A DNA stretch of 64,000 nt, taken from assembly GCA_963782055.1 (NCBI GenBank), contig CAWAIF010000003.1, positions 5,632,001-5,696,000 of the forward strand, read 5' to 3'. Positions within the stretch are counted from its first letter, which is position 1. Each line of letters starts with the position of its first letter. Origin of the DNA: an uncultured delta proteobacterium (GTDB lineage: Bacteria > Myxococcota_A > Polyangia > Polyangiales > Polyangiaceae). A model generated the notes under the pieces. It ran no database searches. It was not told where the DNA came from and was given only the letters and a program-made list of their open reading frames with translations. Below are positions 27,984 through 37,757 of the stretch, piece by piece. Position numbers and translations under genes: made by a program.

Positions 27984-28538
27984 GTGCGCGTCGCCCTCGC
28001 CGTCCCCATCCTCGTGCTCGCGGCCGCCTGCTCCGCGCCGCCCGACACGTCCGGCGACCCGGGCGCGACGGACGCCGGCGACGACCGGGGCGGCGACGAC
28101 GCCGGCGCCGCGCCGGACAGCGCGGGCAGCGACGCCGACGCCGCCCCCGACGCCGCCGACGCGGGCTGCTTCCTGAGCAGCGCGGGCGTGTGGGGCGAGT
28201 GCATGTCCACCGCCGACTGCGCCGCGCTGGGCGATCACACCTCGACGCCCGGCTACTGCCCCGGCCCCGCCGACATCCAGTGCTGCACGAAGGCGCCCGA
28301 CGTCGCCGACAACCCGCCGGTCCCCGCCGGCTGGAAGCTCATGGCGCAGGCGGACGTCACCTCCGAGATGACGACCTGGGCCGTCTCCATCCTGCACGAT
28401 CCGACGACCTACCCGATGTTCTCGACGACGACGAAGACCTTCGGCGGTCTGCTGGTGATGGCGCGCGTGGAGTGGCACCCGCCCGACTTTCAGAACGGCG
28501 TGGTGCATCGCGGCGTGACGCTCTACACGCAGGGCTGA
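27984..28538 (+). CDS. Hypothetical lipoprotein with a six-Cys mini-domain
   Basis: LAAAC lipobox. C..GEC....C....GYCPGPADIQCC. Confidence 0.8.
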   Translation: MRVALAVPILVLAAACSAPPDTSGDPGATDAGDDRGGDDAGAAPDSAGSDADAAPDAADAGCFLSSAGVWGECMSTADCAALGDHTSTPGYCPGPADIQCCTKAPDVADNPPVPAGWKLMAQADVTSEMTTWAVSILHDPTTYPMFSTTTKTFGGLLVMARVEWHPPDFQNGVVHRGVTLYTQG

Positions 28539-28590
28539 CCGCGAACGGCGCCGCGGACGCGCGGCGGTGAGCTCCCTCCAGCTCGGGGGG

Positions 28591-29322
28591 TCACGTCGCG
28601 TGGCCGAGGGCCGCGTCGATCGACGCCGGGTTGAACCCGACCATCACCTTGCCGCGCACGTCGATCACCGGGATGGACCCGCCGCGCAGCCCGTTGGCGC
28701 GCAGCTTCGCCTGCATCTCGCGGTTGGCGGTGCCGTCCTTCTCGATGTCCTTCTCCACGAAGGGGATGCCCTTGGAGGAGAGGTAGCGCGCGGCCTCGTG
28801 GCAGGCGCCGCACCACGAGGCGCCGTAGATGATGACCGCGGGGCGGTTCTGCGCCGTGTCGTGGGGGAGTCCGCCGGTCGCGCTGCCGGGCTGCGACCTG
28901 GGCGGACCGGCGTCGGCGGGCGGGGGCGCGGCGCTGGCGAGGGTGGGCCCGTGCTTCTCCCGCCGGGCGACGGCCAGCTTCTCGAAGTCGTCGCGCGTCA
29001 TCGTGGTGACCGGGTACGTCCCGTCGGGCTTCACCTGCCGCAGGTCCGCCACGTAGACCTTGTCGGCGTGGGTGCCGTCGTCCTTGTTGGGATCCACCAC
29101 GCGGACCGCATCGCGACCCATCATGGGGACGTCGCCCACCTTCTGCTCGACGTGGAAGTCGCCCTTGTCGTCGATCCAGGTCAGGAGCAGGCCCTGGGTG
29201 GAGTCTCGCACCACCATCGACGCGCCGGGATCGGGGCTGGCCGCCTCGGTCTTCTTCTTGTGGCACCCGGCGACGAGCAGCGCGACGGCGAGCGCGAGGG
29301 CGAGGCGCATCCACCACCGCAT
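28591..29322 (-). CDS. Lipoprotein with a C-terminal glutaredoxin (NrdH-like) domain
   Basis: LVAGC lipobox. IIYGASWCGAC, GSIPVID, GFNP. Confidence 0.88.
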   Translation of the reverse strand: MRWWMRLALALAVALLVAGCHKKKTEAASPDPGASMVVRDSTQGLLLTWIDDKGDFHVEQKVGDVPMMGRDAVRVVDPNKDDGTHADKVYVADLRQVKPDGTYPVTTMTRDDFEKLAVARREKHGPTLASAAPPPADAGPPRSQPGSATGGLPHDTAQNRPAVIIYGASWCGACHEAARYLSSKGIPFVEKDIEKDGTANREMQAKLRANGLRGGSIPVIDVRGKVMVGFNPASIDAALGHAT

Positions 29323-31262
29323 CAGTCCGCCTCCGACAGCTTCGTCCACTCCGCCATCATGGTGTCGACCTTCCGGGACAGAGCCTGCTCCGCCTGAGCC
29401 ATCTCGGCAAGTTTCGCCCAGTCACCCCCGGGATCTTGCTTGAGGCGGTCGCGCATGACGCCGAGCTCCGCCTCCGCCAGGGCGATGGCGTTCTCCAGCT
29501 CGGAGATGCGCTTGACCCGTCGCTCCTTCTCCCGGGCGGCCTGACGCTGCGCCTCATACTCCTTCTTACGGGCGGCGGGGTCCTTCGCTCCCTCCGGCGG
29601 CGCGGTGTGGGCCGGGGGCGGCGCCGACTTCTTGCGGGGCGGCGGCGCCGCCTCCTCCGGCGCCATGCGTGTAGACTGCACGAAATCGCGGTACCCGCCC
29701 ACGAAGACCTCCGCCTTGCCGTCGCGCACGCTGACGACGCGCGTCGCCACGTTCTCCAGGAAGCGGCGGTCGTGGGAGACGAAGATGACCGTCCCCTCGA
29801 AGCCGACGAGCGCCTCCTCCAGGATCTCGGCGGCGGGGATGTCCAGGTGGTTGGTGGGCTCGTCCAGGAAGAGCAGGTTGCGCGGCTCGAGCAGCAGCTT
29901 CGCCAGGGCGAGGCGCGAGCGCTCCCCGCCCGAGAAGCCGGACACGACGCGCAGCGGGTCGTCACCCCAGAAGCGGAAGCGGGAGAGGTACTCGCGCGCC
30001 TTCTCCACGGTGTAGTCGCCGCGGATGGTGCGGATCTCCTCCACCGCGCTGAGCCTCGGGTTCACCTCCCCCAGGTGCTGATCGAAGTAGCCCTCCTGCA
30101 GGTTGGTGCCGCGCTTGACGGTGCCGGTGTCCTCCGGCGCCCCGCGCCCGGCGAGGAGGTTGATCAACGTGGTCTTGCCCGCGCCGTTCGGGCCGACGAC
30201 GCCGAGACGCTCGCCGCGCCGCACGAGCAGCTCCAGCCCATCGAAGAGCACGCGGCCGCCGCGCTCGGCGCGCAGGTCCTTGCAGTCGAGGACGATGTCC
30301 CCGGAGCGCGCGGCGGGCGCGAAGCGGAAGCGCACCCGCTCGGCCACCTGCCACACGTCCTCCGGCCGCTCCACGCGCTCCAGCTTCTCCAGCATCTTGC
30401 GCCGGCTCTGCGCCTGCTTCGTCTTCTGGCCGGCGATGTTCTTGCGGATGAAGTCCTCGGTCTTGCCGATGAACGCCTGCTGCCGCTCCATCAGCGCGCG
30501 CTCGCGGGCGAGGTCCGCCTCCCGCGCGACGGCGTAGTCGGAGTACCTGAGCGGGTAGACGCGCAGCCCGCGGGACCCGAGCTCCAGCGTCTCCGGGCAC
30601 ACGTTGTCCAGGAAGGCGCGGTCGTGGGAGACGACGAGCACCGCGCCCCGGTAGCCGACGAGCCAGCTCTCCAGCCAGGAGATGGTGTCCAGGTCGAGGT
30701 GGTTGGTGGGCTCGTCCAGCAGCAACAGGTCCGGCTGCTGGGCCAGCACCAGGCCGAGGTTGAGCCGCCCGCGCTCCCCGCCGGAGAGAGAGGCCACGGG
30801 GCGCTCCAGGTCCGTCTGCGCGAAGCCGAGCTTCTGCGCCAGGATGGAGACCTCCCGCTCCAGCTCGTCCCCGCGCTCCACGTGATAGCGATCGGTGAGG
30901 TGAGCGAGGTGCTCCAGCGCCTTCGCCTCGCCGGAGGCGGCGTCGTGCTGGGCCTTGTGCAGCTCCTCGCGCAGCGCGAGCACGTCGCGGAAGCCGGAGA
31001 GGAAGGCGCCGAGCACGTCCCCCTTCGCCTCCACCTCGTGCGACTGCCGGTAGTAGCCGACGCTCGTCCCCTTCTTGATCACGCACGAGCCGCCATCGGG
31101 CTCCATCTCGTGCATGATGAGCCTCAGCAGCGTGGACTTGCCCGCGCCGTTGGGCGCGACCAGGGCCGCGCGCTCCCCGAGCGCGAGGCTGAAGGTCACC
31201 TTCTCGAAGAGCGTGCCGCCGGCGAACCCGAAGCGCAGGTCGGCGACCTGGAGGACGGTCAT
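29322..31262 (-). CDS. ABC-F family ATPase
   Basis: Two NBDs (PNGAGKS/T, SGGER, LDEPTNHLD twice), no TM segments, C-terminal coiled coil. Confidence 0.95.
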   Translation of the reverse strand: MTVLQVADLRFGFAGGTLFEKVTFSLALGERAALVAPNGAGKSTLLRLIMHEMEPDGGSCVIKKGTSVGYYRQSHEVEAKGDVLGAFLSGFRDVLALREELHKAQHDAASGEAKALEHLAHLTDRYHVERGDELEREVSILAQKLGFAQTDLERPVASLSGGERGRLNLGLVLAQQPDLLLLDEPTNHLDLDTISWLESWLVGYRGAVLVVSHDRAFLDNVCPETLELGSRGLRVYPLRYSDYAVAREADLARERALMERQQAFIGKTEDFIRKNIAGQKTKQAQSRRKMLEKLERVERPEDVWQVAERVRFRFAPAARSGDIVLDCKDLRAERGGRVLFDGLELLVRRGERLGVVGPNGAGKTTLINLLAGRGAPEDTGTVKRGTNLQEGYFDQHLGEVNPRLSAVEEIRTIRGDYTVEKAREYLSRFRFWGDDPLRVVSGFSGGERSRLALAKLLLEPRNLLFLDEPTNHLDIPAAEILEEALVGFEGTVIFVSHDRRFLENVATRVVSVRDGKAEVFVGGYRDFVQSTRMAPEEAAPPPRKKSAPPPAHTAPPEGAKDPAARKKEYEAQRQAAREKERRVKRISELENAIALAEAELGVMRDRLKQDPGGDWAKLAEMAQAEQALSRKVDTMMAEWTKLSEAD

Positions 31263-31348
31263 GGGATCGGGGCATGGTTAGCACATCGGGGCGCCCCCGA
31301 GACGCCGCCGTCCCGGGCCGCGCGGGATCGAGGAGCACGAACGCCGAT

Positions 31349-31738
31349 CTAGCGACGCAGCTCGGCGAAGCGAGCATACGCCGCGTCGACGGACTCGACG
31401 AACGACAGCGGGGTCCCGGTCGCGAGGGCGAGCGCCGAGCCGATCATCCGGACCGCGGCGGACGGCGCCACCGCCAGCGCCCGCTCCAGCCCCGCCTCGC
31501 GGAGCGTGCGCAGCAGGTCGGAGCCGGGTCCCCGGACGTCCGGCGAGTACGACTCCACGTCCCTCGTGTCGAAGAGGGCGAAGCGCGGGCGGCGGGCGGC
31601 GACGACCGACCGCACCTCCGCGACGGTCGGCTCGAGCAGCGCCCCCGTGACGCGCCCGGAGAACCGCATCACAATCGTCTCCGCATCCCGCCAGTTGGTG
31701 GATATTGCGGACTCGGCGATGGGCCGCGAGGACGACAC
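31349..31738 (-). CDS. STAS/SEC14-like small protein
   Basis: Alpha/beta pattern ALFDTRDV...ALAVAPSAAVRMIG...SFVESVDAAY. Start uncertain. Confidence 0.6.
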   Translation of the reverse strand: MSSSRPIAESAISTNWRDAETIVMRFSGRVTGALLEPTVAEVRSVVAARRPRFALFDTRDVESYSPDVRGPGSDLLRTLREAGLERALAVAPSAAVRMIGSALALATGTPLSFVESVDAAYARFAELRR

Positions 31739-31820
31739 GGACTGAACGGTACCATGCAGGGGGCCAGACGGGAGCGCCCGGCGTGGAAGTGGACCCGCAG
31801 GCGCCCCGGCGGGAGCCCGC

Positions 31821-31898
31821 GCCGTGATCTGGTTCTCCGACCTCCGCGGCTTCACCGAGATGTCCTCGCGCCTGCCGCCGGCGGAGATCGTCGCCACG
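31821..31898 (+). pseudogene. Fragment of a class III adenylate/guanylate cyclase
   Basis: AVIWFSDLRGFTEMSSRLPPAEIV matches the first metal-binding motif. No further cyclase motifs follow. Confidence 0.7.
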
Positions 31899-31945
31899 CG
31901 CGGGCCTCGCAGGACCTGCGACGCCGGAGCGGATACCCTGGCACC

Positions 31946-32440
31946 ATGCCGGGTCCATACGCGCGGACGATGTTACGTGTATCATGCATGCTTCTGGCGG
32001 CGGCCTGCGCTCCGCGCGCCGCGCCCCCTCCACCCGCCGCGCCCGCTCCTGCACCGGCTCCCCCTCCAGCTCCGGCCCCGGCGCCCGCGCCCTCACCCTC
32101 ACAGTCTGCGGCCTCGCCCGCGGCCGCGGCGGCGAGCGACGGCTCCGTGGACCACTCGCCCTTCCCCGGCACGTCCCCGCCGCCCGCCGCGCCCGCGTCG
32201 CTCACGTCGACCGCCCCTTGCGTGCGCGACGCCGAGTGCGTGATCACCGACTGGGGCGGGTGCTGCGCGCGCTGCCCCGCCGACCCGCGCGCGACGAGCC
32301 GCGCCGCGCTACACGAGCGCCACGAGGTCTGCAACCGCGTGCGCTGCGCCCGCGACGAGCAGGCCTGCGCGCCGACCGTCGACCCGAGCGCCTACCGCGC
32401 CGTGTGCCGCGCCGGCAGGTGCGGGGGCGTCGCGCGGTGA
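31946..32440 (+). CDS. Hypothetical lipoprotein with a Pro/Ala linker and a Cys-rich domain
   Basis: LLAAAC lipobox. C..D.EC.....GCC..CP module. Start at 31946 or 31970. Confidence 0.7.
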   Translation: MPGPYARTMLRVSCMLLAAACAPRAAPPPPAAPAPAPAPPPAPAPAPAPSPSQSAASPAAAAASDGSVDHSPFPGTSPPPAAPASLTSTAPCVRDAECVITDWGGCCARCPADPRATSRAALHERHEVCNRVRCARDEQACAPTVDPSAYRAVCRAGRCGGVAR

Positions 32441-32505
32441 CGGCGGACGAGGAGCCCTCCCCACCGGTGAACGTCGCGCCCCCGCTCGGTGCTACGCTCT
32501 CCCCC

Positions 32506-33327
32506 ATGCGCATCGCCCACCTCGCCTTGCTGGCGCTGCTGGTTGCATCCTGCAAGAAGACCACCGGGGAGACCCGCACGGTCGACATCGCGGCCGACGC
32601 GCAGGGCACGCCCTCCAAGCCGGTGAAGGTCGACGTCTCCATCGCCGCGGGCACCCTGAAGATGGTCGGCGGCGGCGGGCACGTCGTCGGCGGCAGCGCG
32701 CAGTCCAACGTCAAGGCGCTGGACCCCAAGGTCACCACCACACCGGACTCGGTGACCATCGTCCAGGGCTCGAAGGACGCCGACCCGGCGCCGTACAGAG
32801 GCCTCGTCGCCGACTGGAGCCTGCAGCTCGGTCCGACGCCCATGGACCTGGTCGTCAACGCGGGCGCGGGGAAGACCGACATCCGCCTGGGCTCCTCCCC
32901 CGTGCACAGCCTGGCGGTGCACGCCGGCGCCGGGACGGTGAACGTCGACTGCGACGAGAAGAACCCGGTGTCGGCCGACGCGATGACCATCGACGCCGGC
33001 GCGGGCGCGGTCGACGTGAAGGACCTGGGAAACTTCGGCGCGGCCAAGCTGAGCGTCCACACCACGGTGGGCTCCGTCAACGTGGACTTCGGCGATCACG
33101 TCGACCGCGAGATGACCCTGGACGTCGGGAGCGCGGCGGGCTCCATCACCGTCCACGTGCCCGCCGGCGTCCCCGCGCGCGCCGACGTCACCGACGGCCC
33201 GGTCAAGGCGCCCGGCTGGACGCACGCGGGCGCGGCCTACGTCACCGCGGGAGGGGCGACGTCGCCGCGCCTGACCGTGCACGTCAAGGCGGTCGCGGGC
33301 ACCGTCACCCTGATCGCGGGGTCCTGA
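32506..33327 (+). CDS. Lipoprotein with a toast-rack/adhesin-like beta-solenoid (DUF2154/DUF4097-like)
   Basis: LLVASC lipobox. Repeated AGAG.V.VD units. Confidence 0.75.
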   Translation: MRIAHLALLALLVASCKKTTGETRTVDIAADAQGTPSKPVKVDVSIAAGTLKMVGGGGHVVGGSAQSNVKALDPKVTTTPDSVTIVQGSKDADPAPYRGLVADWSLQLGPTPMDLVVNAGAGKTDIRLGSSPVHSLAVHAGAGTVNVDCDEKNPVSADAMTIDAGAGAVDVKDLGNFGAAKLSVHTTVGSVNVDFGDHVDREMTLDVGSAAGSITVHVPAGVPARADVTDGPVKAPGWTHAGAAYVTAGGATSPRLTVHVKAVAGTVTLIAGS

Positions 33328-33331
33328 CCGC

Positions 33332-33724
33332 GTGATCGCCCTCGTCCGCTCGGCGATCGTCGCCATGTACCCCCGCACCGACGCCCTGCCCGGCGCCGAG
33401 GATTGCGATCTGGATGCCTTCCTCGTGCGCTTCCGGGAGGACACCACGCCGCTCATGTGGCTGGGCGTCGTGCTCGGCGCGGTGCTCTTTCACCTCTCGC
33501 CGGTGGTGACGGTCTTCGTGCCGCTCCCCGCGTTCCTCTTGCCGCCGTCGCTGGCGGACAGGCACGCGCACAAGATCACCACCACCAACGTCTACCTCCT
33601 CCGGCAGGCCGTCTTCCTGGTGAAGCTCGCCGCGGGGCTCGCGTGGGGCACGCACCCGGAGGTGCGCCGGCGCTTCGCCCTCCCCCCGCTCCCGCCCGAC
33701 CCGGGCACGTGGAGGAAGTGGTGA
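33332..33724 (+). CDS. Small partner protein of the GMC oxidoreductase
   Basis: Overlaps the GMC start (GTGA). AMYPRTDALPGA resembles the N-termini of dehydrogenase small subunits. Confidence 0.7.
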   Translation: MIALVRSAIVAMYPRTDALPGAEDCDLDAFLVRFREDTTPLMWLGVVLGAVLFHLSPVVTVFVPLPAFLLPPSLADRHAHKITTTNVYLLRQAVFLVKLAAGLAWGTHPEVRRRFALPPLPPDPGTWRKW

Positions 33725-35238
33725 GCGGCGCGCACGTCGGCTACCGCGCGCGCGGCGACGCGGACCTGCGCGCGGAGGCGGACTACGTCGTCGTCGGCTC
33801 CGGCGCCGGCGGCGCCACCGCCGCCGTGACGCTCGCCCGCGGCGGCGCGAGCGTGGCGCTCGTCGAGGCGGGCGCGTGGCGCGATCCGGAGGACTACCCC
33901 TCGAGCGCCTACGGATCCATGCGCGATCTGATGGACGACTGGGGCAGCCAGGTGACGATGGGCCGCGCCCTCTGGCCGGTGGTCCAGGCGCGCACCATGG
34001 GCGGCACCACCGTCATCAACAGCGCCATCTGCGTGCGCACGCCCGAGGACATCTTCGACCAGTGGGAGCGCGACCACGGCATCGGCGGCCTGCGCGATCG
34101 CGTGTGGGCCGCGCAGGACGTGATCGAGCGCGAGCTCTCCGTGGAGGAGGTGCCCGCCGCCGCGCGGGGCCGCTCCAACCTCCTCGCGAAGGCGGGCGCC
34201 GACGCCCTCGGCTGGTCCGACTCGCACTACCTCCGCCGCTACGTGAAGGGCTGCGAGGGGTCCGGACAGTGCGTGCAGGGGTGCCGCAAGGGGCGCAAGC
34301 AGAGCCTCAACCTCAACTACGTGCCGGAGACGCTCGCGCGCGGCGGACTCGTCGTCTCCTCCGCGCCCGTCGGGCGCGTCCTCACCGAGGGCTCCCGCGC
34401 CGTGGGCGTCACCGGCCGCTTCCGCCACCCGGCCACGCGCGCGGAGGGCACCCGCTTCGTGGTGCGCGCGCGCAAGGCGGTCGTCGTCGCCGCCTCCGCG
34501 ACGCACAGCCCGGTGCTGCTCATGCGCTCGGGCATCCGCGGCCCGGCGCTCGGCAAGTTCTTCCGCGCGCACCCGGGCACCGGCGTCTTCGGTTGCTACG
34601 ACGACCCGGTCGACATGAACATCGGCGCCACGCAGGGCTGGGCGAGCATCGCCTTCCGCGAGTCGCCGGGGCTCAAGCTGGAGACGCTCGCCATCCCGCC
34701 GGAGCTGGTGGCCAGCCGCTTCTCCGGCGGCGGCGCCGAGCTGATGAAGCGCCTCGCCAGGTACCGCCACGTGGCGATGTGGTGCCACGCGGTGCGCGCG
34801 GAGTCGACGGGCACGGTGGGCACCAGCCTCTTCGGCGCGCGCCCCGTCGTGCGGTACACCCTGGACCGCGCCGACATGGAGCGCTTCCGGCGCGGCATGC
34901 ACCTGCTCGCGCAGCAGCACGTGGCGGCGGGCGCGAAGGCGATCATCCCCGGCATCGCCGGCATGCCCTTCGAGCTCGCCGCGGACGAGATCGACGTGCT
35001 CGAGGACGCCCCGCTCGACCCGCGCCGCTACATCGCCATCCTGAGTCACCTCTTCGGCGGCTGCGTGATGGGGCGCGACGCCCGCACCAGCGTCACCGAC
35101 GCTCGTGGCCGCGTCCACGGCATGCCGAACCTCGTCGTCGCCGACGCGTCGGTCATCCCCACCAACCTGGGCGTCAACCCGCAGCACACCATCATGGCTC
35201 TTGCGTCCACCTTCGCCGCCGACCTGCTGAACGCGTGA
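33721..35238 (+). CDS. GMC family oxidoreductase
   Basis: VVVGSGAGG, MGGTTVINS, CEGSGQCVQGC, HLFGGCVMG, GVNPQHTIMA. Confidence 0.93.
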   Translation: MSGAHVGYRARGDADLRAEADYVVVGSGAGGATAAVTLARGGASVALVEAGAWRDPEDYPSSAYGSMRDLMDDWGSQVTMGRALWPVVQARTMGGTTVINSAICVRTPEDIFDQWERDHGIGGLRDRVWAAQDVIERELSVEEVPAAARGRSNLLAKAGADALGWSDSHYLRRYVKGCEGSGQCVQGCRKGRKQSLNLNYVPETLARGGLVVSSAPVGRVLTEGSRAVGVTGRFRHPATRAEGTRFVVRARKAVVVAASATHSPVLLMRSGIRGPALGKFFRAHPGTGVFGCYDDPVDMNIGATQGWASIAFRESPGLKLETLAIPPELVASRFSGGGAELMKRLARYRHVAMWCHAVRAESTGTVGTSLFGARPVVRYTLDRADMERFRRGMHLLAQQHVAAGAKAIIPGIAGMPFELAADEIDVLEDAPLDPRRYIAILSHLFGGCVMGRDARTSVTDARGRVHGMPNLVVADASVIPTNLGVNPQHTIMALASTFAADLLNA

Positions 35239-35285
35239 CGCGCGGCGACCTCCGCCCCTTCTGCGCTATGCTGGGAGCAGGTGCC

Positions 35286-36872
35286 ATGAACCAGCCTCTC
35301 CGGTTGACGCAGGCGATCCTGGTCGTGGTGGTGGTGGCCAGCGGGTGCGCGCAGTCCAGCACCACGCCGCCGGGTGACGACGCGCAGGCGCCGCTGCCGG
35401 AGGCGGGCGCGCCGCCCGCGGACGCCGCCGCCGACGCGTCGTCCGATGTCACGCCGGTCGAGGCGAGCACCGGCTCCTGCACCGACGGCATCAAGAACGG
35501 GCAGGAGACCGACGTCAACTGCGGGGGCCCCGACTGCAAGCCATGCGACGACGGCAAGTCGTGCTCGATCGACACCGACTGCACCGCGGGCCTGTGCACC
35601 GCCGGCAAGTGCGGCCCGCACTCGTGGCTGGTGGAGTCGAGCGGCAACAACGTCTCGATCCCCGGCGACCAGACGTGGGTCCCCGCGGGGCTCAGCGCCA
35701 CGACCACCCTCTACGCCAGCAGCCTGGTGCTCATGCGCTGGGCCGGCACCCTGCGCTTCGCGGGCGGCGGCAACGGCCTCTGCCACGTCGGTCAGCGCTT
35801 CGTCGTGGACGGCAACCCGACAGGCAACGCCACCTGGGGCAACGCCATCACGGTGATGCGCAGCGCCACGCGCTGGCACGAGTCCTTCAGCGACATGATC
35901 GCCATGCCGCTGGCCGCCGGCGCACACACCATCTCGGTCGACGCGACGAACGCCAACGGCTACGGCACCTGCTACCTGGACGGCGACGGCGGCCTGCCTT
36001 ACGACCGCTCGCGCCTGGAGATCGCCGCCTACGACCCGCAGAGCGCCTGGTACGCGGAGTCGACCGGCGAGACCGGCGCGCGGGCGTCGGGCAGCGGGTG
36101 GACCGACATCCCCGGCGTGACGGTGAGCTTCACGCTGGGCGCCGCCGACCACGTGCAGATGTCCATGGCCGGCAGCGAGCTCGGGCAGGGGTCCGGAGAG
36201 GCGCACTGCGCGTACCGGCTGGTGGTGGACGGCACGCCGCTCGGGGATCCCAACCACGGCCAGGCCATCTCGGTGGACGACGTGGGCGGTGGGTGGTGGG
36301 CGCCGGTCGGGATCGACTACGGCGAGGACATGGCGTCCGGCGCGCACACCGTCAAGGCGCAGGTGGCGACGACCGCCGCCACGGGCGGCACGTGCAACGC
36401 CGGCCAGGGCAACCAGGACTACGCCAAGTTCCGGCTCTTCGTGGACGCCAGCCCGCAAGGGGGACTGGCCACCAGCGTGGAGTCCGCCGGCGGGGCCGAC
36501 ATCCTCGGCTCGACCAGCCAGTGGGTGACCATCGGCGGCCTGAGCGCCACCTTCGACGTCACGACCCCGCGCCACCTGCTGCTGGACTTCGCCGCGACCG
36601 AGCGCACCCTCTCCGGCTCCGGCCACTGCGCGTGGCGCTACGTCGTCGACGGCACCCCGCTGGGCGACCCGAACCACGGACAGGCGATCAACGTCGGCGA
36701 CGGCGCGACGACCTGGTGGACCCTCACGCCGCTCCTGTGGGGCCAGAACTTCGACGCGGGCAGCCACACGGTGAGCGTGCAGCTCCGCAACAGCTCCACG
36801 TCCGGCGACTGCGGCACCAACGGCGACGGCCTGGCGTACGGGCGAGCCCGGCTGCTCGTGCGAGCGCCGTAG
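35286..36872 (+). CDS. Lipoprotein with a Cys module and three tandem beta-domains
   Basis: VASGC lipobox. CTDGIKNGQETDVNCGG repeat, then three ~138-aa repeats with VVDG.P.G....G.AI. Confidence 0.88.
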   Translation: MNQPLRLTQAILVVVVVASGCAQSSTTPPGDDAQAPLPEAGAPPADAAADASSDVTPVEASTGSCTDGIKNGQETDVNCGGPDCKPCDDGKSCSIDTDCTAGLCTAGKCGPHSWLVESSGNNVSIPGDQTWVPAGLSATTTLYASSLVLMRWAGTLRFAGGGNGLCHVGQRFVVDGNPTGNATWGNAITVMRSATRWHESFSDMIAMPLAAGAHTISVDATNANGYGTCYLDGDGGLPYDRSRLEIAAYDPQSAWYAESTGETGARASGSGWTDIPGVTVSFTLGAADHVQMSMAGSELGQGSGEAHCAYRLVVDGTPLGDPNHGQAISVDDVGGGWWAPVGIDYGEDMASGAHTVKAQVATTAATGGTCNAGQGNQDYAKFRLFVDASPQGGLATSVESAGGADILGSTSQWVTIGGLSATFDVTTPRHLLLDFAATERTLSGSGHCAWRYVVDGTPLGDPNHGQAINVGDGATTWWTLTPLLWGQNFDAGSHTVSVQLRNSSTSGDCGTNGDGLAYGRARLLVRAP

Positions 36873-36881
36873 AGAAGAGCG

Positions 36882-36980
36882 CGAGAGGGGGTGGGCCCCT
36901 CCCCGCCCGGGTTCGGGCCCGTGCTCGCGGGCGCCCTCCTCTCGGTGTCGCGCTCCGCGCGCCACACGGGGAGGGTGGTG
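36882..36980 (-). repeat. Internally deleted, inverted copy of the hairpin repeat family
   Basis: 36941-36974 is the exact reverse complement of 37589-37622. 36885-36902 mirrors 37740-37757. Confidence 0.85.
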
Positions 36981-36993
36981 CCCGGAAGGGGCG

Positions 36994-37491
36994 TCAGCGG
37001 CGCCTTCGGTACGCGCGCGCGACGTGCAGGTGGCGCCCCGCGCAGTCCGGCTCGCGGAACGGGGCGCGCTTCACGGCGGCCAGGGCGCAGCGCGCGATGC
37101 GCGGCCCCCAGCCCGTCGAGGCCTCCCACAAGATGTCCGTGATGGTCCCGTCGGCGCCAACGAGGAGACCTATGCCGATGGGAGGCTCGTGGTCGGACCC
37201 GTGGCGCGTGCTCTCGCTCTCGCCGATGGCGCGGTGGTGCGGGCCGACGCATCGGTCGAACGCGGGGGCGAGGCTCGCTTCGAAGCGTGCGCGCGCGGGC
37301 TCGCAGGTGTCGGCGGGCTCCTCGACCACCGCGCCGGCGTCCTGCGCGCCGTCCCCTGGCGAGCCGACGTCCGGTGACCCGGCGTCCGGCGCAGCCGGCC
37401 CGGCGGCGGCGCGCGCGAGCTTCGCCGGCGCGACGCGCGGGGGCGCCGCTGGCGGTGAGGCGGCGCACGCGGTCAGGCAGAGGAGGAGCAT
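36994..37491 (-). CDS. Small lipoprotein with an AgmX/PglI/TonB-C-like domain
   Basis: LCLTAC lipobox. FDRCV...LLVGADGTI...ARCALAAVKRAPF. Confidence 0.65.
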   Translation of the reverse strand: MLLLCLTACAASPPAAPPRVAPAKLARAAAGPAAPDAGSPDVGSPGDGAQDAGAVVEEPADTCEPARARFEASLAPAFDRCVGPHHRAIGESESTRHGSDHEPPIGIGLLVGADGTITDILWEASTGWGPRIARCALAAVKRAPFREPDCAGRHLHVARAYRRRR

Positions 37492-37581
37492 CGCTCTCAC
37501 CCGAGGAGCTACGCGCGATGCCCCGGGTACGTTCCCTCCCTCGGCGAGCCCGCGCCGACGCCAAGGCCGGACGCGCGCGGC

Positions 37582-37757
37582 GCACCCTCCTCCCCGTGTG
37601 GCGCGCGGAGCGCGACACCGAGGGGAGGACCGCCCGCGCGCACGGCTCACGCGCAGCGCGCGCAGGCCGCGACCGTCGTGACCATCGTGCACCCGCGTCG
37701 CGGCCGAGCACGCGAGCATGAGCCGGAGCACGGGCGCGAGGAGGGGCCCACCCCCTC
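37582..37757 (+). repeat. Hairpin repeat family copy with a variant first stem
   Basis: 37622-37757 is nearly identical to 3041-3164 and 5537-5670. It abuts the ATPase stop codon. Confidence 0.9.

Noticed and set aside
33876..36872. 998-aa ORF
   Set aside because: The N-terminal half is an off-frame read of the GMC gene. The lipoprotein starts at 35286.
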